Shown here one piece after another: positions 44,794-52,175 of a stretch of DNA of 62,463 nucleotides (position 1 is the stretch's first letter; the number at the start of each line of letters is the position of its first letter). Source of the DNA: Acidobacteriota bacterium (lineage in GTDB: Bacteria > Acidobacteriota > Thermoanaerobaculia > UBA5066 > Gp7-AA6); contig JBKOVK010000013.1 of the NCBI GenBank assembly GCA_046724475.1, positions 1 through 62,463 on the forward strand. Reading direction: 5' to 3'. The notes under the pieces are model-generated. The model did no database searches and was not told the origin of the DNA. It worked only from the letters and a program-made list of their open reading frames with translations. The translations under genes were made by a program, and so were the position numbers.

Positions 44794-45155
44794 AACACGT
44801 TGACGGGCAACCCGTAGCAACCCGTCCCGTTCCGCGTCGTCACGCAGGCCTGGTAGTCGCCCCCCGGCGTACCACCCGGAATCGTGGCGTCGACCTGGAT
44901 GCGCTCGGGCTTGTCGTCGGCGAGCACCAGCGGTCCCAGCGTCGCCTTGACCTCCCCGTTCTGGCGCAGCGTGAACGTCGCCGTGTCGTCGAAGTTCGTG
45001 CCGATGAAGATGATCATGCTGTCGGCGTGCGTCGGGTTGGGGTTGATCCAGGTGACATCCGGAACGGGACCATTGACGGTCACCTCGTGATTGCTGCACT
45101 GCGTGGCGAGCGCGAGAGCGGCCAGGGCGACGAGGAGGAGCGGGACTCTGCGCAT
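44790..45155 (-). CDS. small lipoprotein with an IPT/TIG-like Ig-fold domain
   Basis: ATG 45155 is preceded by GGAGGTGA. MRRVPLLLVALAALALATQ/C lipobox. PDVTWINPNPTHADSMIIFIGTNFDDTATFTL is IPT-like. The track start 45287 has no SD. Confidence 0.65.
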   Translation of the reverse strand: MRRVPLLLVALAALALATQCSNHEVTVNGPVPDVTWINPNPTHADSMIIFIGTNFDDTATFTLRQNGEVKATLGPLVLADDKPERIQVDATIPGGTPGGDYQACVTTRNGTGCYGLPVNVF

Positions 45156-45238
45156 GAGCTCACCTCCGGATGGGATGACTGGCGTCGCGTCGTGTCGAGG
45201 ATACACCTTCCCGCGCCCGAGCCTCGCCGCGACTCTTG

Positions 45239-45244
45239 TAGAAT
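45239..45244 (+). promoter_or_regulatory. candidate -10 hexamer TAGAAT before prs
   Basis: The context GTAGAATCC is identical to the one before rplY (46208-46217). It lies 8 nt before the TTG at 45253. Confidence 0.3.
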
Positions 45245-45252
45245 CCCCCCGC

Positions 45253-46212
45253 TTGACCACGCACGCCTTCCAGTACGGCGACCTCAAGATCTTCTCGGGC
45301 CGCGCACATACGGCGCTTTCCCAGGAGATCTGCGCGTACCTCGGGATGCCCCTCGGGGAGCTGACCCTCTACAACTTCTCCGACGGCGAGGACTACGTCC
45401 AGATCGACGAGAACGTCCGCGGCGCTGACGTCTTCGTGGTGCAGCCGACCTCGACACCGGTCAACGACCACGTCATGGAGCTCCTGATCCTGCTCGACGC
45501 TTTCCGTCGCTCGTCGGCGTCGCGGATCACGGCGGTGATCCCGTATTTCGGCTATGCCCGCCAGGACAAGAAGGACAAGCCGCGCGTGCCAATCGCCGCC
45601 AAGCTCATGGCCGATCTGCTGACCGCCGCCGGCGCCGACCGGATCCTGACGATGGATCTCCACGCCGCTCAGATCCAGGGCTTCTTCAACATCCCCGTAG
45701 ACCATCTCTTCGCGGCGCCCGTCATCCTCGACGCGATCCGGAAGAAGAACCTGGACGACCTGGTGATCGTCTCGCCGGACGTGGGCGGCATGACCCGCGC
45801 CCGCGCCATCGCCAAGCGGCTCGACGCCTCCCTCGCAGTCATCGACAAGCGGCGCACGGGTAAGAACGAGACCGAGATCTTGAACGTCGTCGGCGAGGTC
45901 GAAGGCCGCGACGTCCTGATCCTCGACGACATCGTCGATACGGCGGGAACTCTGGTCCAGGCCGAGGCCGCTCTTCGGCGTCAGGGGGCCAAGGGTACCT
46001 ACGCGGCAGCCGTGCACGGGGTCTTTTCGGGGCCCGCCCTGGACCGGATCGAGCACTCCAGGCTGGAGAGCCTGCTGGTGACCAACACGATCCCGGTCGA
46101 CGCCGCGATAGCCCGCTGCCCCCGGATCCAGGCGGTTTCCGTCGCCCCCCTCCTAGGGGAGGCCATCCAGCGGATCCACGACGGGGCTTCCGTTTCCTCG
46201 CTTTTTGTGTAG
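45253..46212 (+). CDS. prs: ribose-phosphate pyrophosphokinase
   Basis: Best start TTG 45253 (MTTHAFQYGDLKIFSG..., like the Bacillus Prs N-terminus). FSDGEDYVQIDENVRGADVFVVQPT...YFGYARQDKK...DLHAAQIQGFF...ILDDIVDTAGT. The start is uncertain by a few codons. Confidence 0.92.
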   Translation: MTTHAFQYGDLKIFSGRAHTALSQEICAYLGMPLGELTLYNFSDGEDYVQIDENVRGADVFVVQPTSTPVNDHVMELLILLDAFRRSSASRITAVIPYFGYARQDKKDKPRVPIAAKLMADLLTAAGADRILTMDLHAAQIQGFFNIPVDHLFAAPVILDAIRKKNLDDLVIVSPDVGGMTRARAIAKRLDASLAVIDKRRTGKNETEILNVVGEVEGRDVLILDDIVDTAGTLVQAEAALRRQGAKGTYAAAVHGVFSGPALDRIEHSRLESLLVTNTIPVDAAIARCPRIQAVSVAPLLGEAIQRIHDGASVSSLFV

Positions 46213-46254
46213 AATCCGCCTCTTTGCTCGGGGTTTCCCCGGGCGAGGTAGACC

Positions 46255-46962
46255 ATGAAAACCATCGAACTCGCCGTCGAGAAACGCTCGACAATCGGGA
46301 AGGGTGAGGCTCGCCGCAGCCGCGCCGCCGGCCGGATTCCGGCCGTCGTCTACGGGGCGGGGAAGCCCAATGTCCCGATCTCCGTGGACCGCAAGGCGCT
46401 CTCCGACGCGTTCCGGGGAGGGGCCGGCGACAACGCCATCTTCCTGCTCAAGCTGGCCGGCTCGGACCAGAGCCGTCACGCCATGATCCGTGAGATGCAG
46501 CGCGACCCGGTCTCGCGCAAGCCCGTGCACATCGACTTCGTCCGCGTCCTGATGGACGTGAAGGTCAAGGTCGAGGTGCCGATCGAGATCGTGGGCATCG
46601 CAAAGGGCGTCAAGACCGACCAGGGCATCCTCGACGTCGTGACCCGCGAGATCGAGATCGAGTGCCTTCCGACCGACATCCCGGCTCACATCCCGGTGGA
46701 CGTGACGGAGCTGGCGATCGGCGATGCGATCCGCATCTCGGATCTGAAGCCCGTGGCCGGCGTGGAGATCGTGGACAACCCCGAGAAGGTCGTCGTCCAC
46801 GTGACGCATCCGACGCGCGAGGAGGAGCCCGTGGCCGCCGCGGTCGAGGGCGCCGCCGAGCCGACCGAACCCGAGGTCCTGAAGAAGGGCAAGGCCGCCT
46901 CCGAGGAGGAAGCCCCCGAGGCCGAGAAGCCCGAGAAGAAGGAGAAGGAAAAGGAGAAGTAA
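46255..46962 (+). CDS. rplY: 50S ribosomal protein L25 / general stress protein Ctc (long form with K/E-rich tail)
   Basis: 235 aa. RRSRAAGRIPAVVYGAGK...HAMIREMQRDPVSRKPVHIDFVRV...C-terminal EKPEKKEKEKEK. Confidence 0.92.
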   Translation: MKTIELAVEKRSTIGKGEARRSRAAGRIPAVVYGAGKPNVPISVDRKALSDAFRGGAGDNAIFLLKLAGSDQSRHAMIREMQRDPVSRKPVHIDFVRVLMDVKVKVEVPIEIVGIAKGVKTDQGILDVVTREIEIECLPTDIPAHIPVDVTELAIGDAIRISDLKPVAGVEIVDNPEKVVVHVTHPTREEEPVAAAVEGAAEPTEPEVLKKGKAASEEEAPEAEKPEKKEKEKEK

Positions 46963-46965
46963 CCT

Positions 46966-47565
46966 CTGCGCGCGATCGTCGGCCTCGGGAACCCGGGGGA
47001 CGAGTACGGGGCGACGCGCCACAACGCGGGCTTTCGCGTGGTGGAAAGGCTCGCGGAGGAAGAGGGAATCCGGATTCGGTCGCGCGAGTGCTCCTCGCGC
47101 GTGGGGCGGGGGAGGATCGGGGAGGATGCGGTTCTCCTGGCGCTTCCGCAGACGTACATGAACGCCTCCGGCGAGGCCGTTCGCGCTCTTTGCCAGAAAC
47201 ACAGCGTCGACCCCGAGGGGCTCTGCGTCGTCGTGGACGAGATCGCGCTGCCCCTGGGGACGCTCCGCATGCGCTCGCGCGGCTCGGCCGGCGGGCACAA
47301 CGGGCTGAAGTCGGTGATCGCGCACCTGGGCACGGCCGACTTTCCGCGACTGCGCGTAGGTGTCCGCGGCGAGCGGTACACGCGGGAGCGGGACCTGGCG
47401 GACTACGTGCTCGAACCGTTCGCGAAGGCCGAGCGGGAAACGTTCGAAGACAGTATCGGGAGGGCCGTCGAAGCTCTCCGGACCTGGTTGACGCAAGGTA
47501 TCGACGCCGCGATGCGGCGTGCGAATCAATCACCTTCCTCTCCGGACCGCCTCGATCCGGATTGA
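46966..47565 (+). CDS. pth: peptidyl-tRNA hydrolase; start must be non-canonical (CTG 46966 most likely)
   Basis: (L/M)RAIVGLGNPGDEYGATRHNAGFRVVERLA...LPQTYMNASGEAV...RGSAGGHNGLKS. The track ORF starts at GTG 47038, downstream of the GLGNPG and catalytic RHNAGF motifs. An in-frame TAA lies at 46960-46962. AAGGAG SD at 46951-46956. Confidence 0.85.
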   Translation: MRAIVGLGNPGDEYGATRHNAGFRVVERLAEEEGIRIRSRECSSRVGRGRIGEDAVLLALPQTYMNASGEAVRALCQKHSVDPEGLCVVVDEIALPLGTLRMRSRGSAGGHNGLKSVIAHLGTADFPRLRVGVRGERYTRERDLADYVLEPFAKAERETFEDSIGRAVEALRTWLTQGIDAAMRRANQSPSSPDRLDPD

Positions 47566-47584
47566 CATCCATGAGGAGGAATAC

Positions 47585-48004
47585 ATGAGGCTTTACGACA
47601 TCGTCGTCCTGGTCACCCCGGACCTGTCCGACGAGGAGGCGACGAAAGTCGCCGGGGAATACAAGAAGATCCTGACCGATGGCGGGGCGACCGTCCTCAA
47701 AGACGAGCCGTGGGGCAAGCGGCGGCTCGCCTTCCCGATCCAGCGCAAGAAAGAGGCCCACTATGTCTACTGGCAGGTCGATGCTTCGCCGGCCGCGGTG
47801 GCGGAGGCCGAGCGCCGGTTGGGCCTGTCGGATCAGATCCTGAGGCACCTCGCCGTCCGCGTCGACGAGGAGCTCAAGCGTCAGGCGAAGATGACCGAAC
47901 GCTTGAAGAAGAAGGCGGCCAAGCGTCCGCCGCGACCCCCGGCGCCTCCGGCAGAAGCCGCGGCAGCCGTGGAGTCGGCGCCGGTTGAGAGGAGCGAGTC
48001 ATGA
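47585..48004 (+). CDS. rpsF: 30S ribosomal protein S6 (with basic/Pro-rich C-terminal tail)
   Basis: ATG 47585 is preceded by [38 protein letters not shown]...[21 protein letters not shown]. Confidence 0.92.
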   Translation: MRLYDIVVLVTPDLSDEEATKVAGEYKKILTDGGATVLKDEPWGKRRLAFPIQRKKEAHYVYWQVDASPAAVAEAERRLGLSDQILRHLAVRVDEELKRQAKMTERLKKKAAKRPPRPPAPPAEAAAAVESAPVERSES

Positions 48005-48297
48005 GAATGGGCGGCGGGTCCGGGCGCTCCGGCAGTCGCGACGGCAAGGGCCGCGACGGCAAGGGCGGACCGCGCAAGAAGTTCTTCGTCCGGCGGCGCA
48101 AGGTCTGCAAGTTCTGCGCCGAGAAGCTCGAGTACATCGACTGGAAGGACGTCAAGCTCCTCCAGGGCTTCATCCCGGAGCGGGGCAAGATCCTCCCGCG
48201 CCGGATCTCCGGAACCTGCGCGCTCCATCAGCGCAAGCTCCAGACGGCGATCAAGCGCGCGCGGTCGATCGCCCTGCTGCCGTACGCCACGGATTAG
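48001..48297 (+). CDS. rpsR: 30S ribosomal protein S18 (Gly/Arg-rich N-terminal extension)
   Basis: 98 aa. ATGA overlap with rps[63 protein letters not shown]. Confidence 0.95.
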   Translation: MRMGGGSGRSGSRDGKGRDGKGGPRKKFFVRRRKVCKFCAEKLEYIDWKDVKLLQGFIPERGKILPRRISGTCALHQRKLQTAIKRARSIALLPYATD

Positions 48298-48298
48298 C

Positions 48299-49285
48299 GT
48301 GGCCTCGTCCGAGCCCCTTGGCCGCCCGCACGCGGCCTCGGGGCGATTCGAGATTCCGCTGGCCGCGCTCGCGGCCGCGGCGGCGTTCTCGGCGTTCTTC
48401 CTGGTGCCGCTGTTCGGCGCGTTGGGCGTTCCCGCAGGCGCGATTCCGCTGGTTCGCCTGGCGCACCGGCGCGGCCTCGCCTCGGCGCTGATCGGCTGCG
48501 TCGCCGCCGTGGCGATCGTGCTCGGCGCGGCATGGGCCGCGGCGGGCCTCGGCATGGCCATGGCGATGGCGTTCGTCGCGGCCGCGGCGACGGCGATCCC
48601 GGTGGCCGGCGTGGGATTCCTGCGCGCCGGCGCCGATGCCTCGCGCTGCTACCTCGGCATCTGCCTGGCCGGCTGCGCCTTTCTCGCGGCGAGCTTCGCG
48701 GCGTCGACGACGGGCCCGGGTCCGTCCGTCGCGGTCGAGGTCGCGGCTGTCTTCGACCAGATGATTCCCTCGGCCCTGGAGTCGTACGCGCGGTCGGGGG
48801 CGGACGCGGAGACGGTCGCCCGCCTGCGCGAAACGCTCGAGGCGGCGCGGGACTTCTCGCGCCAGTACCTCTGGGGGATCTTCGGGGCGCTCTGGGCGCT
48901 CGGCGGGGCGGTGGCGTTCTACGGGGGAGCCGCCGCGGCTCGGCCGACGTCGACCGCACTGGCCGCCCGCTTCGAGGAGCTGCGGGTCCCGGCGACCGCG
49001 GCGGGGCTCTTCGTGGCCGCCGGCGCCGGTTTCGGCGTCCTTTCGGGGGATGGAAGACGCCTGGCGGGCAACATCCTCCTGCCGCTCGTGGCCTTGTTTT
49101 TTGTGGCGGGCCTCTCTATCATCTGCCACTTCTTCCGGAGGTGGATCCGGGTTCGCATCCTCCGGGCGGGTCTGTACATCCTGGCAGCCTACTTCCCGAT
49201 CAACGTCGGCGTCGTCCTGCTGGGGCTCTTCGACTGGTACGTGGATTTTCGCCGGCGCGGCGAGGGAGTCATCGAGAAGTCATGA
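48299..49285 (+). CDS. DUF2232 (YybS-like) polytopic membrane protein
   Basis: 328 aa with a GTG start. About 8 TM segments. The position between rpsR and rplI is typical of DUF2232 genes. The family call is by architecture and synteny only. Confidence 0.6.
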   Translation: MASSEPLGRPHAASGRFEIPLAALAAAAAFSAFFLVPLFGALGVPAGAIPLVRLAHRRGLASALIGCVAAVAIVLGAAWAAAGLGMAMAMAFVAAAATAIPVAGVGFLRAGADASRCYLGICLAGCAFLAASFAASTTGPGPSVAVEVAAVFDQMIPSALESYARSGADAETVARLRETLEAARDFSRQYLWGIFGALWALGGAVAFYGGAAAARPTSTALAARFEELRVPATAAGLFVAAGAGFGVLSGDGRRLAGNILLPLVALFFVAGLSIICHFFRRWIRVRILRAGLYILAAYFPINVGVVLLGLFDWYVDFRRRGEGVIEKS

Positions 49286-49740
49286 AAGTCATTCTGGCCG
49301 ACGACGTCCGCGGGCTCGGGCACCGCGGGGACACCGTGAACGTCAAGCCCGGCTATGCGCGCAACTACCTCTTCCCGCAGGGCGCCGCCTACGAGGCGAC
49401 CGAGGCGAACACCCGCCGGCTCGGCGAGGAGAAGAAGAAGTACGACGAGAAGATGCTCCGCGAGCAGGCCGTCGCGCAGACCGCGGCTAAGAACGTCGAA
49501 GGCCTGACCGTCGTCGTCACCAAGAAGGCCGGCGAGGAGGGACACCTCTACGGCTCGGTCACTGCCTCCGAGATCGCCGATGCGCTTTCGGCCAAGGGCA
49601 TCGAGGTGGACCGCCGCCGTGTCGAGCTCGCCGAGCCGATCCGCCGCCTCGGCTCCCACACCGTCCACGTCCGACTGCATCGCGACGTCGTGGCCACGCT
49701 GACGGTCGAGGTCCAGGCCGCGGGCGCGCCCCCCGCCTAG
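49282..49740 (+). CDS. rplI: 50S ribosomal protein L9
   Basis: ATG 49282 (ATGA overlap), 152 aa. MKVILADDVRGLGHRGDTVNVKPGYARNYLFPQGAAYEAT. Confidence 0.95.
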   Translation: MKVILADDVRGLGHRGDTVNVKPGYARNYLFPQGAAYEATEANTRRLGEEKKKYDEKMLREQAVAQTAAKNVEGLTVVVTKKAGEEGHLYGSVTASEIADALSAKGIEVDRRRVELAEPIRRLGSHTVHVRLHRDVVATLTVEVQAAGAPPA

Positions 49741-49746
49741 GACTTC

Positions 49747-52140
49747 CTAGGGCGCCTTTGGCGGAGGAGTCGGTTCCGCGGGAGCTGCCGAGGACTCGGG
49801 CAGCTCGCCTTTCTTCGGCATGTAGAAGGGCTGCTGCAGCGACCAGGGCAGACGCGCGATCTCCTTGGACCGCGGAGTCCATTCTTCGGTCGGCTGCGAG
49901 CCGCTGACGAACGCGTCGAGCACGGGCACCGGAGTGTCGGCCGTGGCTTTCAGACCGGTCTCGTAGTCGACGGGCGTGAGGACCACATTGCCCGGGACCT
50001 CGAAGTCCTCCTTCGGGTCGATCAGCCCGCCGTCTTTCATCTTCTCGATGATGCGGATCCAGATGGGAAGCGCGGTGCGCGCGCCGTCGGCCCCCTTCCC
50101 GATCGTTTGCGTCTTCATGTCGTTGCCGACCCAGACGCCGACGGTGTAGCGCGGCGTCATCCCGATGAACCAGGCGTCGGTGAAGTCGTTCGTCGTCCCC
50201 GTCTTGCCCGCGATGTTCAAGTTCAGGCGCGCGGCCGACGCGGCCGTGCCGCGCTGCGTGACGCCCTTCAGGATCTGAAGCAGCTGAAACGCCGTCTGGG
50301 GCGTCTCGACTTCCCGGGGATCCGGGTGCGTCTGCTCGAGCACGTCGCCGTCGGAGTCGGTGATCCGCTCGATCAAGTAGGGCGTGAAGGCGAGGCCTTG
50401 ATTGGCGAACACGGAGTACGCGGAGCACAGCTCGAGGAGGGTGACCTCGAACGCGCCGAGAGCCATCGACGGATATGCGTGGAGTTCCTGCCGCACGCCG
50501 ACCCGGTGCGCGGTCTCGATGACGTTGTGCAGACCGACCATCTCGGCCACGCGAATCGCCGGAATGTTGTAGGAGTGCTCGAGCGCACGTCGAAACGTCA
50601 CGATCCCGTGGAACTTCCCGTCGTAGTTGCTGGGGCGATACGGCGGCTGGCGCGGATCGATCGTGATCGACAGCGGTCCGTCGAACACGGTGTCGGCGGC
50701 GGTGTAGCCCTGCTCCAGCGCCGTCAGGTACACGAACGGTTTGAACGCGGAGCCGGCCTGGCGCAGGGCCTGCGTGGAGCGGTTGAATTTCGAGCCGGTC
50801 CAGTCCGAGCCCCCGATCATCGCGCGAATCGCGCCGGTCGAGTTCTCCAGGATCAGAACCGCGCCTTCCTCGCGGGGCTCCTGGTCGAGCGCCAGGACGA
50901 GCGAGCCGTCCTTGGCCTTCTGCACCGTGGCCAGGACGAGGTCGCCGGTCTTCAGGACTTTCGAGGCCGCGGTCGCGCCGGTCCACGCGACCGACGCGTT
51001 GGTCAGGAGGAACGTCTCCTTGCCCACGCGAACCTCGACGCCCGCCGTTCCCGTCTTCATGACGACGCCCTTGACGACGGCGCCTTCCGCCGGGCGCCCG
51101 GCCTCCCACGAGGGATCGACGTAGGACTCCAGCGAGCGGTACCCCTCGGCGAGGAGATTGCGCGGCCGCTTGAATCCATGACGCCGCGAGATCTGACGCA
51201 GGCCCCATCCGAGGGCTTCCTCGGAGTACGCCTGGAGCTCCGGGTCCAGCGTCGATTCGACTCGCAGCCCGCGCCGGTAGAGGTCCTTTTCTCCGTACGT
51301 CTTCTCGAGGTACTGGCGGATCTCCTCACAGAAGTAGGGGCCCACGATCGACTCCTGAAGCGATGGCGAGGAGGGGAGCGGCTCGGCGTCGGCGGCCTTG
51401 CGCTGCGCTTCGGTGATGAAGCCGGCGGCCTCCATCCGGCGCAGGGCTGTGGCTCGGCGCGCCCGGGCGAGCTGGGGATTGCGGAACGGGGACTGGTCCT
51501 CCGGCCGCTGCACGATGCCAGCGAGGAGCGCGGCCTCGGCGAGCGTCACGTCGCGCACGCTCTTGCCGAAGTAGTAGCGGCACGCGGCCTCGACTCCATA
51601 GTTGCCGTGGCCGAGATAGATCTCGTTGGCGTACATCGTCAGGATCTGCTCCTTCGAGTAGCGCCGCTCGATCTCGAAGGCCACGAGTGCCTCGTTGACC
51701 TTCCGCGAGAGCGTCTTGCGCGGAGACAGGAAGATCGCCCGAGCCAGCTGCTGCGTGAGCGTCGAGCCGCCCTGGGCGTAGCCTCCCTGCTGGACGTTGG
51801 AGACTAAGGCCGAGAGTGTGCGCCGGACGTCGATGCCGCCGTGCTGGAAGAAGTTCTTGTCCTCGGTCGCGACGATCGCGTTGCGGACGACGGCCGGGAT
51901 GTCGGCCCGGGAGATCAGGATCCGCCGCTCGATCGCGTAACGGGCGATCGTCGTCCCGTCGCGGGCGGCGATCTGTGTGATGATGTCGGGCCGGTAGGTC
52001 GCGAGCTCGGAGACGCGGGGCACCCGCACGAAGTTGGTGGCGAACGAGCCGGCGGCTGTGCCGAGGAAAGCCGCGGCGGCCAGAGGCAGGATCAGGGCGG
52101 CCGCGCGGCCGACGGTCTTCACCGCCTGATTGTGAGGCAA
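49747..52140 (-). CDS. class A penicillin-binding protein (PBP1A-type glycosyltransferase/transpeptidase)
   Basis: 797 aa with a TTG start. GT51 motifs ATEDKNFFQHGGID, GGSTLTQQLAR, RKVNEALVAFEIERRYSKEQILTMYANEIYLG. Transpeptidase motifs SAFKPFVY (SxxK), HSYN (SxN), KTGTT (KTG). Confidence 0.93.
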   Translation of the reverse strand: MPHNQAVKTVGRAAALILPLAAAAFLGTAAGSFATNFVRVPRVSELATYRPDIITQIAARDGTTIARYAIERRILISRADIPAVVRNAIVATEDKNFFQHGGIDVRRTLSALVSNVQQGGYAQGGSTLTQQLARAIFLSPRKTLSRKVNEALVAFEIERRYSKEQILTMYANEIYLGHGNYGVEAACRYYFGKSVRDVTLAEAALLAGIVQRPEDQSPFRNPQLARARRATALRRMEAAGFITEAQRKAADAEPLPSSPSLQESIVGPYFCEEIRQYLEKTYGEKDLYRRGLRVESTLDPELQAYSEEALGWGLRQISRRHGFKRPRNLLAEGYRSLESYVDPSWEAGRPAEGAVVKGVVMKTGTAGVEVRVGKETFLLTNASVAWTGATAASKVLKTGDLVLATVQKAKDGSLVLALDQEPREEGAVLILENSTGAIRAMIGGSDWTGSKFNRSTQALRQAGSAFKPFVYLTALEQGYTAADTVFDGPLSITIDPRQPPYRPSNYDGKFHGIVTFRRALEHSYNIPAIRVAEMVGLHNVIETAHRVGVRQELHAYPSMALGAFEVTLLELCSAYSVFANQGLAFTPYLIERITDSDGDVLEQTHPDPREVETPQTAFQLLQILKGVTQRGTAASAARLNLNIAGKTGTTNDFTDAWFIGMTPRYTVGVWVGNDMKTQTIGKGADGARTALPIWIRIIEKMKDGGLIDPKEDFEVPGNVVLTPVDYETGLKATADTPVPVLDAFVSGSQPTEEWTPRSKEIARLPWSLQQPFYMPKKGELPESSAAPAEPTPPPKAP

Positions 52141-52152
52141 ACCGGGCCCTTA

Positions 52153-52161
52153 TGCTATAAG
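52153..52161 (+). promoter_or_regulatory. candidate extended -10 element TGCTATAAG upstream of uvrB
   Basis: TGnTAnnnn format inside the palindrome CTTATGCTATAAG, 14 nt before ATG 52176, in a 35-bp divergent intergenic region. Confidence 0.3.
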
Positions 52162-52175
52162 CGGCTCTCCACCCG

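Noticed and set aside
43084-45099. 671-aa minus-strand ORF over the Na+/H+ antiporter
   Set aside because: It is a shadow ORF. The product is extremely Arg/Asp/Glu-rich and has no hydrophobic segments, whereas the opposite strand encodes a canonical NhaP-type transporter.
41719-45252. Possible genomic island integrated at tRNA-Gln (and likewise at tRNA-Lys, 12845-12921)
   Set aside because: No integrase, recombinase, transposase or phage genes are present. I could not find a direct repeat of the tRNA 3' end. No obvious composition change is visible. I kept it only as a low-interest synteny observation.
46255-47565. L25-Pth fusion protein by readthrough of TAA 46960 (same frame, one intervening codon)
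   Set aside because: A good SD sits 9 nt before CTG 46966, and separate L25 and Pth proteins are universal. The shared frame has a one-in-three chance of occurring by accident. It is mentioned only as an alternative in the pth finding.
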